Assembly (NCBI GenBank): GCA_963832395.1
Contig: CAWHTV010000007.1
Coordinates: 796,395-860,394 of the forward strand
Reading direction: 5' to 3'
Length of the DNA stretch: 64,000 nucleotides
Origin: an uncultured delta proteobacterium
Lineage (GTDB): Bacteria; Desulfobacterota; Binatia; Binatales; Binataceae
Below are positions 55,025 to 63,236 of the stretch, piece after piece; position 1 is the first letter of the stretch, and each line of letters starts with the position of its first letter. The translations under genes were made by a program, and so were the position numbers. The notes under the pieces were generated by a model. It saw nothing but the letters and a program-made list of their open reading frames with translations, had not been told where the DNA came from and ran no database searches.

Positions 55025-56512
55025 CTAGGGAGCGTTGCGCCAGTCGAGATGGTCGCGGACGTGGGCGAAAACCTCGTCGAGAATCTCGACCCCGGCTTCG
55101 GCCTGCTCGCGCGTGATGACCAGCGGCGGGTTGATCCGCATGCGCGGGAAGTAGCCCATCACCAGGAGGCCGCGCTTGAGCGCCTCCTTGAAGATGGTCT
55201 CGGTTATCGAACGGCCGAGCATCTCCTTGGTCTTGCGATCGCGCACCAGGTCGAGCCCGATCAGCAGGCCCTTGCCGCGCACGTCGCCGACGAATTCGTA
55301 TTTCTCCTTGAGCCGCATCAGGCGCTCGAGCATGAACGCGCCGACGATCGCGGAATTTTCGACCAGCCCTTCGCGCTTGATCGTGCGCAACGTCTCGGCG
55401 ACCGCCACTGCGGCCAGCGGATTGCCGCCGTAGCTCGACGACGACGCGCTCGGCTTGCCGAACGGCTCGCTCCGCCCCAACTCGTCGCTGAGCAACACGC
55501 CGGAGACCGGGAAGCCCGGAGCCCATCCCCTTGCCGACCGTCATGATGTCGGGCTCGACGCCGCTGTGCTCGATTCCCCACATCCGCCCGGTACGGCCGA
55601 AGCCGGTGATCATTTCGTCCGCGATGAGCATCGCGCCCTGCTCGTGCGCGAGTTCCTTCACCGCGGGCAGGTAGTCGTCGGGCGGAATCACGTTGCCCGC
55701 CGTCCCTTGCATCGGCTCGACCAGCACCGCCGCGAGCGCACCCGCCGAACTATGCTTGAGCTGCTGCCGCGCGAAGTCGACGCAGTACATCCCGCACTCG
55801 GGATATTCCAGCTTGAACGGGCAGCGATAGCAGTCGGCATACGGCACCACGTACTGGCCGCCGGGCAGCGGACCGTAGCCCTGCTTGGATTCGTCGCCGA
55901 TAAGTCCGATCACGCCGCCGGTCTTGCCGTGGAAGCCGCCCCAGAAGCTCAACACCTCGTGCCGCTTGGTTTTCGATCGCGCGAGCCGGAGCGCCGCTTC
56001 AACCGCCTCGGCGCCGCCGCTATACAGATGCGCGCGGTTGAGGCCGGCGGGCGCGGCCTCGCCGAGCATCCTGAAGGCCTCCGCGCGCTCGGGCGTGGCG
56101 AAGGTGCCGACGATGAGCCGCGAGGCCTGGCGCGAGAGCGCCTGCGCCAGCGCCGGATGGCCGTGACCGAGGCTCGCGACGGCGACGCCGGCAAAAAAAT
56201 CGACGAACACGTTGCCGTCGACGTCGGTCGAGCGTCGCGCCCTCGCCATGATCGAACGCGACGCCGGCGAGCAGCGAGATACGCTGGCGGCCGGGCGCGA
56301 TATGGCTCTGCTCGTCGGCGAACAGCGCGCGCGAATTCGGTCCGGGAACCGCGGTGGATGATTTTCGGCTGGAGACCGGGCCCGCGCGGGGCCTGCGATT
56401 CATTCGCGATCGCCGATCCGTTGGCGGTCTTGGATCCGTTGGCGGTCTTGGGTCCGTCCGCGACCTTCGATCCGCCGGCCGTCCTCGGCGTCGGCGTTTG
56501 AGGTTTGCTCAT
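55025..56512 (-). CDS. Class-III (PLP) aminotransferase with a low-complexity N-terminal extension, frame-disrupted
   Basis: DVDGNVFVDFFAGVAVASLGHGHP, SGGAEAVEAALRLAR, FHGKT, EPMQGTAGNVIPP, LIADEMITGFGRTGRMWG, DIMTVGKGMG (PLP Lys), SYGGNPLA. The segments are in ORFs 55949-56512, 56020-56403, 54522-56249 and 55025-55498. Confidence 0.8.
56415..56486. repeat. Four tandem 18-bp units (two perfect, two degenerate) encoding the (T/V)A(N/D)G(S/P)K repeat at the aminotransferase N-terminus
   Basis: gatccgttggcggtcttg at 56415-56432 and 56433-56450, then ggtccgtccgcgaccttc and gatccgccggccgtcctc. On the minus strand it translates as GGSKVADGPKTANGSKTANGS. Confidence 0.85.
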
Positions 56513-56549
56513 GCTGCGGTCTGCCTGCGCCCTCCTGGAAAAGTATGGC

Positions 56550-57395
56550 TCAGAAGCCCTGGCGCGGCCGGCGCGCGAGCATCAGGCAGCGCCGCGCAAT
56601 CGCGCGGGCAGCGGCCTCGCGTACCCGGCTGAAGCTGGGCCAGTCGTTGAAATCGATCATCATAAACCGCTCGCCGTCGATCACCGCATCGCCGCCCCAC
56701 GTCTCGAGACCCAACGCGGTGGCGGCAGCCGCGGCGCTCCGCGCCAGTTCGAGCCGCACCTGGTCGGACATCGAACTCTGTTCCCCCTTCCCGCCTTCTT
56801 CATCCAGCGCCGCGAAGTATTCGCCGCCGCTGACGCCGTAGAACTTTACCACCCTGCCCTCGACCGCCTGCTGCACGTAGGCGACCGGCACTCCGCGCTC
56901 GGCCATCCCGGCCAGCGCCGAGCGCAGCGCGCCACGGCTTTCTACCCGCTGCACGTCGTCGGGCGCAAGCGCATGCAAATCGCCGCGCTTGACGAACATC
57001 GGCGCGTCGAGGTCCAGCACGCCGAGCGGCGACAGGTCGGGCGGGCGCGAACCGGTCCTGACCAGCGCGCCAGTCGGCACGGGGACGCCGGCATGGACCA
57101 GGCCGGCGCACAGGAGATCGCGGTAGCAGTTGCGAATCGCGAGCGCCGAATTGACCGCGATCGCGCCCTGCTGCTCGAGCGCCACCAGGCGACCGAGCGC
57201 GCGCTCACCCTGGCACATCGCGAGCACCAGGTCGGCGCCGGCCGGTGAATCGTCGACCAGGCGCGCGGCGCTGATGGCGGAGACTTCAACGCCATGGCGC
57301 TTGAGCTCGGCCAGCACCGCGTCGAGGATCGCGGCGTCGTGCTCGACCTTGCCCGGCGAGAATTCAGTCTCGCGATAGACGCCCAGCGCGCGCAT
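56550..57395 (-). CDS. ATP-grasp-fold enzyme (ligase or kinase; specificity unknown)
   Basis: Intact 281-aa ORF with MFVKRGDLHA, VAYVQQAVEGRVVKFYGV and GGDAVIDGERFMMIDFNDWPSF (C-terminal ATP-grasp strand/loop pattern). Confidence 0.55.
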   Translation of the reverse strand: MRALGVYRETEFSPGKVEHDAAILDAVLAELKRHGVEVSAISAARLVDDSPAGADLVLAMCQGERALGRLVALEQQGAIAVNSALAIRNCYRDLLCAGLVHAGVPVPTGALVRTGSRPPDLSPLGVLDLDAPMFVKRGDLHALAPDDVQRVESRGALRSALAGMAERGVPVAYVQQAVEGRVVKFYGVSGGEYFAALDEEGGKGEQSSMSDQVRLELARSAAAAATALGLETWGGDAVIDGERFMMIDFNDWPSFSRVREAAARAIARRCLMLARRPRQGF

Positions 57396-57397
57396 CG

Positions 57398-58169
57398 TTA
57401 TCCGGCGCTCCCGTCTGGCTTGCCGCTCTCGCTCCGGCTGTGCATCGGCTCATCGTCAATCATCGCGCGCGCGGCGGCAAGATCGGCCGCCTCGTCGACG
57501 TCGATCGTCGCCTCGAGCTCGATCGCGGCGAGGCGCATCCCGCTCGCAACCGCCATCGCGAGCAGCTTGCGCATCGCGTCGAGGCGCTCGGCGCGCGCGC
57601 GCGGCGCAAAATCGAAAATCGCCGCGGGCAACCAGTAGAAGCCCGCCGTGACCATCGCGCTCTGCCGCTCGCCGAGCGCCACGATCGTGCGGTCCGGCGC
57701 GACCTCGGCGAACAGCGGCCGCTTGTCGCCACGCCATCGCACTACCGCGAGCGCGCCGTCGAAGCGCGCCGCGTCGCCGCCGGTCAGCTCCAGCGCGCTC
57801 GCGGCGAAGCGGCACAGCTCAGCCGCATCGACCACCGCGTCGACCGTGGCGAGCAGAAAATGCCGGGCGCCGCGCATGTGCTCACCCAGCGCAAACAGCG
57901 ATTCCATCGAACTCGGCGTATCGCGCACCTGGAGTTTCATCCATGGCGGAATCGCGGACCGCGCGGGCCGCGAGGAGCCCGGCGGTCTCGGAGTTGACCA
58001 GCGCCACGACGGTCTCGGCACCCGCCCGATGCAACATTCGCGCCTGCCGCACCAGCATCGTCTCGCCCCCAAGCTCGACCAGCGGCTTGGGAAGATCGTT
58101 CACCGCGCCGCGCAGACGCTCGCCGCGGCCGGCCGCAATAATGCGCGCCGCGGAACGCCGGCTTACCAT
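57398..58169 (-). CDS. Sugar/alcohol-phosphate nucleotidyltransferase (NTP_transferase fold), frame-disrupted
   Basis: RIIAAGRGERLRGAVNDLPKPLVELGGETMLVRQ (GxGxRL...PKPL signature) in ORF 57882-58169. The remainder (FLLATVDAV...FYWLPAAIF...IDVDEAADL) is in ORF 57398-58072 (switch ~57960). Confidence 0.7.
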
Positions 58170-58914
58170 TTTCAGATCTCTTCAACTCATCGAGCGTATC
58201 GATCGTATGGTCGGCCAGCGCGGCCGCCTCTTGCGCCTGCGGATGCTCGCCGGGTCCTGCGTGCTGCGCGCGCAGCCAGATCGAGCGCATGCCAAGTTTG
58301 CGCGCAGGCGCGCAATCCTTGTGCAGCGAATCACCCACCATCGCGACCTGGTTGTGCGGCAGATCGAGCACCTTGAGCGCGGCCACGAAGATGCGCTCGT
58401 CGGGTTTGAAGACACGCATGTGCTTGGAGTCGATCGCGACCTGGATAAGCTCGCGGATGCCGGCCTCGAACAGGACGACCTGCAGGTTGCCATAGAAATT
58501 GGAGACCACTCCGAGCTTGAAGTCGTGCGATAGCTCCTTGAGCAGCTCGCGGCTGCGTGCGAGTCCGTCGGCCGACTCCTCGGCGAAACCGGACGCGATT
58601 CGATCGGCGAGGCGATGACGATCCTCGCCGAGGCTCGCGAGATGCTCGCGAACGCTGTCGGGTCCGTGGCGATGGAGATGGTCGAACTGATGGGCGACGA
58701 GAGTCCCGACCAGCTCGCGCAGGCTGTGGCGATGAATCTCGTCGCCGGCCTGGTAAGCGGTGCGCGTGGCATGCGAATAGGCAACGTCCAGCTCGGCACG
58801 GCTAAGCTGCACGCCTGCGGCATGGTAATGGCGCACGAAACGGTCCAGCCAATGGTGTGGATGGTCGAGCGTGCCGCCGAAGTCGAATAAAATCGCCCGG
58901 GTGGGACTGGCCAC
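58170..58914 (-). CDS. HAD-IA-type hydrolase; 3' end unresolved
   Basis: AILFDFGGTLD (motif I variant), GVVSNF (motif II), VFKPDERIF (motif III Lys) and MVGDSLHKD (motif IV). The ORF has no stop before 57937. In the adjacent frame a TGA lies 12 nt upstream of the NTP-transferase ATG. Confidence 0.65.
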
Positions 58915-59114
58915 GGCGCCAGCTTAGCAGCCCTCGCATTGGGCCTCTACAAATGAGACCGTTAAGAACTGGGACGGCTCGCGGTTACGCAAAAGTTAAG
59001 CGTTATGAACAGGCGGGGGACGGGTGGTGGACGAACAGGCGGACAGACCGCACGGTCAGTACATTGACTCTGCGCTTCAATTAGTCTAAAAGCCTTTGTT
59101 CAATAAGGCTTTAT

Positions 59115-60311
59115 TTGATTGAGACAGCTTTAATCAACGTTCCCGCCCGCGCGGGCAATATGATCTTCGGGCGATCGCTGCTGGAGCGCCTGATGCTTAT
59201 TTGTCAACGCGCGGGAGTGAAGCGATTCTTTATCGAGGCCGGCGACCCCGAGGACGGTGGCCTGCGCGCCTCTTTGGGCTCGTTCCGCGACCATCCCGAG
59301 ATCAATTTTGTCGGCTCGTTCGCCGAGGTCCTCGAGCAACTGCCGGCCGACGCGCCTTGTATCGCGCTTAAGGGCAACCTGGTGCTGGCGGCTTCGCAGT
59401 TGCGCGGGCTGCTCGACGAGCCAGGCCGCCCGGCCCGGCGAAGTCATCAGCGTCGGGAGCACCGATGTCGCGCGCGGCGGCAGCGTCGCGGCGGGGCCGC
59501 TCAGGCTGTTCTGGTCGAGGGCTCCAGCGCTGTGGCCTCGCAGCTCAAGCCGAGCGGGCAGTTGCCGTTCGCGCTCGACGGGCGGCCGACGGACGTTCAG
59601 GAGGCTGAACGTCGATCTGGCGCGCGAGCTGCGCCGCGAAAGCGCCGACAAGGACGCGCTGATGGCGCGATGGGTCGACCGGCGGCTGTCGTGGCGAATC
59701 AGCCTTCGCCTCGCGCGCACCGCAATCACGCCCAACCAGGTGACGCTCGCCAACACGGCGCTGGGGCTGCTGAGCGCGTGGCTGTTCAGCTCCGCGGGCT
59801 ATTGGCCGCGGGTGATTGCGGCGCTGATGTTCCTGGTCTCGGTGACCTTCGATGGTGTTGACGGCGAGCTGGCGCGGCTCAAGATGACCGAATCGCCATG
59901 GGGCGCGCGGCTTGACGTGATGACCGACAATCTGGTGCATGTCGCGATCTTCGCCGGCATCATGACCGGGTGTTATCGGGCGAGCGGCAGTCGCGCCTAT
60001 ATCTACCTGCTCGCCATTCTGCTGGTCGGCTTCGGATTGTGCGCGCTCACGACCTGGCGCGCGACTCGCGTCAACGGCGAACGGGCCGAGCAGTTCATCG
60101 CGCAGGTTGAACGAGTGAGCGGCCGCGACTTCGCCTATCTGCTGGTCGTGTTGGCGCTGCTCGACAGGATTAACTATTTCGCCTGGGGAACGGCATTTGG
60201 CACCTACATCTTTGCCTTCGTGATGTGGTGGATGACCACGCATCGGACGACGGGCAGAGCGAGCTCGAACGGCGGCCCGCGCAAGCGCGGCATCGCCAGG
60301 AGGCAGTGTGA
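59115..60311 (+). CDS. NTP-transferase-like domain fused to a CDP-alcohol phosphatidyl/phosphotransferase membrane domain, frame-disrupted
   Basis: N-domain [39 protein letters not shown]. The transferase signature [23 protein letters not shown] is an exact DG(x2)AR(x8)G(x3)D(x3)D. At least 5 TM helices follow. There are three switches (~59425, ~59510, ~59605). The track ORF runs to 60372, but a TGA at 60309-60311 in the third frame would give a GTGTGA stop/start overlap with the next gene. Confidence 0.7.
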
Positions 60312-61634
60312 AGAAACCGCGAATCCTGCTGGTACAACCGACGACCATCCATCTGGACGGTACGCCGCATAAAACCCGCTGGCGCCTCATCATGGGTTTG
60401 ATGATCCCGCTTTTGGCGGGGCTGACGCCGGACGACTTCGACGTGACGCTATGCGATGAGCGGCTGGAAGAACTCGACTTCGACGGCGGCTGGGACCTGG
60501 TCGGCATGACCACCACCATCGGCGCCTCGCTGCGCGCCTACCAGCTCGGCGATGAGTTTCGCAAACGCGGCATCCCGGTCGTGATGGGCGGGTTCCACGC
60601 CACGCTCCAGACCGAGGAAGCGCTCAAGCACGCCGACGCGGTGGTCCAGGGCGAGGCCGACCTGGTATGGGAGCCGCTGCTGCGCGACTGGCAGGACGGC
60701 AAGCTCAAGCGGATCTACAAGGCCGACAAGCTGCACGATCTGAAGAACCTGCCGCGCCCGCGCCACGAACTGCTCAAGCTCAACCGCTACCTGTTCAAGG
60801 CGGTGCCGGTGCAGGCGAGCCGCGGATGCCCGTACCGCTGCTCGTTCTGCGAAATCCCGGTCTTCTACGAGGGCAGCTATCGCACCCGCCCGATCGAGGA
60901 CATCGTCGAGGAAATCAAACAGGTCATGGCGGTCACCGGCTTTCGCCGCTTCCAGTTCATCGACGACCAGATCACCGGCAAGCACAAGTTCGCGCGCGAA
61001 CTGTTCCGCGCGCTGATTCCGCTCAACATCCGCTTCTCCTGCCTGTGGACCATCAACTCCAACCATGACGAGGACCTGCTCGAACTCGCGGCCCAGGCCG
61101 GCGTGTTCCACGTCAATATCGGAGTGGAATCGATAAGCCAGGACAGCCTGCTATCGATGAGCAAGATCCAGAACCACACCAAGGACTACAAGAAACTGCT
61201 CAAGCGGCTGGAGCACTACGGGATTTACTATTCGCTCAACTTCCTCTTCGGACTGGAGGAGGACCATCCGCAGATCTTCGACGACACCCTCGACTTCCTC
61301 CACGAGGTCAAGGCGCCCGAGGCGTTCTTCAATACGGTCACGCCGCGCAAGGGCACGCCGATGCGCACCAAGCTCGAGCAGGAAGGCCGCGTCATCATCC
61401 CCGACGCCGACATGTACACCAACAACTTCCGCTGCATGTTCGTGCCCAACAAGCTCTCGCCGCAGCAGGTCGAAGAAGGGCGTGTGGCGCTGCACCAAGG
61501 AGTTCTACTCGTTCAAGTCGATGTTCAAGCGGCTGCTGATGCCGCCGGGCAAGTTCACCTGGCAGGGGCTGACCGAGAATATGTTGTTCTGGTACGGCGC
61601 GAAGCGGCAGATCGACCCGGTCGACTATTACTAA
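60308..61634 (+). CDS. Class-B (B12-binding domain) radical SAM enzyme, frame-disrupted near the 3' end
   Basis: AGGAGG 4 nt before the GTG at 60308. RILLVQPT...VGMTTTIG...[10 protein letters not shown] is a B12-binding-like Rossmann. [16 protein letters not shown] is CxxxCxxC. The C-terminus [19 protein letters not shown]...DPVDYY-stop at 61634 is in a second frame (switch ~61480). Confidence 0.8.
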
Positions 61635-61665
61635 GACCGCGCGCCGCTATAGTCACTGACGCAAC

Positions 61666-61701
61666 GGGGCGGGAGCGGGCCGATCGGCCGGCTCCCGCCC
61701 C
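61666..61701. terminator. 36-nt near-perfect GC palindrome (possible bidirectional terminator)
   Basis: ggggcgggagc (61666-61676) pairs with gctcccgcccc (61691-61701). The centre ggccgatcggcc is itself palindromic. It lies 32 nt after the radical SAM stop, with only a short T tract (cttt) following. Confidence 0.5.
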
Positions 61702-61727
61702 GAGCTTTCCTAAGCGACGGGACTTTC

Positions 61728-62004
61728 ATGCTCCTAAGCGGCTGGGAGATTGCCATCAAGGCCCGGCTAGGCCGCCTCAGCATCGCTGGCAACGATCCTG
61801 AAGCTTTTGTGGCGCAACAGGTAAGCGCAAAGAATCTCAGTATCCTGCCGATACATCTAACCATGCGCTGAAGACCTATGCGCTGCCCGATCATCACAAG
61901 GATCCCTTCGATCGGCTCCTGGTGGCTCAATCCATCATAGAGGCCTTGCCGCTTCTAAGCGCGGATCGGCACCTGGCCGAGTATCGGGTGCGCGTCATCT
62001 GGTA
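61728..62004 (+). pseudogene. 5'-truncated PIN-domain (VapC-like) toxin remnant with one frame switch
   Basis: LLSGWEIAIKARLGRLSIAGNDPEAFVAQQVSAKNLSILPIHLT, then in the next frame ALKTYALPDHHKDPFDRLLVAQSIIEALPLLSADRHLAEYRVRVIW-stop. The N-terminal ~45 aa of a PIN domain (first acidic residues) are absent. An in-frame TAG lies at 61650. Confidence 0.65.
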
Positions 62005-62922
62005 ACGGAAACGCTGCGGGCGACACGAAGCCGCTCGCTCACGGCGCCAGCCTATGCCCAGCAAGCTCACGCCGCAGGCGGTGCAGAAGATCGCGTTATC
62101 GATGAGCCGCGTCTTCCCGACGTGCGCCGCGATAGCGACAACCACCGGCCGTTCGACCCGCGCGATCGACGCGAGCGATTCGGAGTCGACCGCCTCGATG
62201 TACTCGATCCTGAGTTCGGGCGTCGCGCTGAGCACCGCGCATGCGGCGCGTACCAGCGCGCGCGGGTCGCGCGCACCGGCGGCGAACTCGCTCCGCGCGG
62301 CTTCCAGCGCCGCGCTCAGGCTGAGCGCGCGCTTGCGCTCGTCGGCCGAGAGATAGGCGTTGCGCGAGCTCATCGCGAGTCCGTCGGACTCGCGCACGGT
62401 CGGCATCGGCACGATCTCGAGATCGAAGTTGAGGTCCTTGACCATCCGCTGGATCGCGCGCAACTGCTGAAAGTCCTTCTCGCCGAACATCGCGTAGTGC
62501 GGCTTGACGATGTTGAACAGCTTGGCGACCACCGTGGTAACGCCGCGGAAATGGCCCGGGCGATGCGCGCCGCACAACCCCTTGGTGATTTCCACCGCCT
62601 CGACCCAGGTCTGCGCGCCCGCCGGATACATCGCGTCGGGCTCCGGCGAAAAGACGAAGTCGACCGGCACGTCCTTCATCATCTCGCAGTCGCGCTCGAA
62701 AGCGCGCGGATAACGGCCGAAATCCTCGTTGGGCGCGAACTGGGTGGGATTGACGAAAATCGAAGCCACCACGACCTCCGCGCGCCGTCTGCCCTCGCGC
62801 ATCAGGCTGAGATGGCCCTCGTGCAGGAAGCCCATCGTGGGTATGAAAGCGATTCGCTTGCCCGCGCGGCGTATCGCGTCGGAGCGGCACTGCATCTGTG
62901 CTGGCGTGGTTATGATTTTCAC
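61927..62922 (-). CDS. panC: Pantoate--beta-alanine ligase with an unusual ~49-aa C-terminal tail
   Basis: GTG at 62922. FIPTMGFLHEGHLSLM (HxGH), ASIFVNPTQF, GHFRGVTTVVAKLFNIV, MFGEKDFQQL, GLAMSSRN. The conserved core ends ...GKTRLIDNAIF at ~62075. The ORF continues to 61927, antisense to the PIN remnant. Confidence 0.85.
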   Translation of the reverse strand: MKIITTPAQMQCRSDAIRRAGKRIAFIPTMGFLHEGHLSLMREGRRRAEVVVASIFVNPTQFAPNEDFGRYPRAFERDCEMMKDVPVDFVFSPEPDAMYPAGAQTWVEAVEITKGLCGAHRPGHFRGVTTVVAKLFNIVKPHYAMFGEKDFQQLRAIQRMVKDLNFDLEIVPMPTVRESDGLAMSSRNAYLSADERKRALSLSAALEAARSEFAAGARDPRALVRAACAVLSATPELRIEYIEAVDSESLASIARVERPVVVAIAAHVGKTRLIDNAIFCTACGVSLLGIGWRRERAASCRPQRFRYQMTRTRYSARCRSALRSGKASMMD

Positions 62923-63236
62923 GTTCGGCTTCCTTTTTTGGTCGCGATATCCGGCCAATTTCGCCGCGGACAAAAATGCGGGGCCACCGCGCATACCGGC
63001 ACCCCGCATCAAACGTGCTCTGAAAGCGCTCAAGCCGTTCGGGGTCCCGGTCCCGTTTCAAAGATCCAGGCGCTAGCCCAAGCCTATGTCCACACTGCTC
63101 CGTTGCCGGAGTCTTCGCTGCCTCGTCTATGTGTCTCGCCGGGTCCAAGCCTCGACGGAGTGCAATCTATTAGTACGATGCCCTACTTGAGTAAAGACCT
63201 ATTCGGTGCCTGAGCAACAACCGAATCGCCGGTATC

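Noticed and set aside
54522-56249. 575-aa ORF suggesting an aminotransferase::GmhB phosphatase fusion
   Set aside because: The aminotransferase C-terminus (SYGGNPLA...VITREQAE) continues in ORF 55025-55498 and ends with its own stop at 55025. The phosphatase has its own ATG at 54998. The connecting segment is low-complexity out-of-frame sequence.
55025-56512. Calling the class-III aminotransferase HpnO (aminobacteriohopanetriol synthase)
   Set aside because: HpnO is an ArgD/ornithine-aminotransferase-like class-III enzyme, so the family fits. Nothing specific supports the call, and the gene is embedded in the ATP-grasp / NTP-transferase / HAD operon rather than with the hpn genes. It is kept as an alternative hypothesis only.
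58921-59114. Possible small RNA or riboswitch in the AT-richer divergent intergenic region. It contains the hairpin aaagcct...aggcttt at ~59090.
   Set aside because: There is only a 7-bp stem and no recognisable riboswitch core. It is more likely promoter or operator DNA for the two divergent operons.
60308-61634. Calling the B12 radical SAM HpnJ, HpnP or HpnR (hopanoid cyclitol-ether or methylase enzymes)
   Set aside because: Only generic class-B features are visible (the B12-binding Rossmann and CPYRCSFC). The N-terminal sequence does not resemble what I recall of HpnJ or HpnP. The gene is about 15 kb from the hpn operon, in a different operon. It needs TIGR03471 or HpnP/HpnR HMMs.
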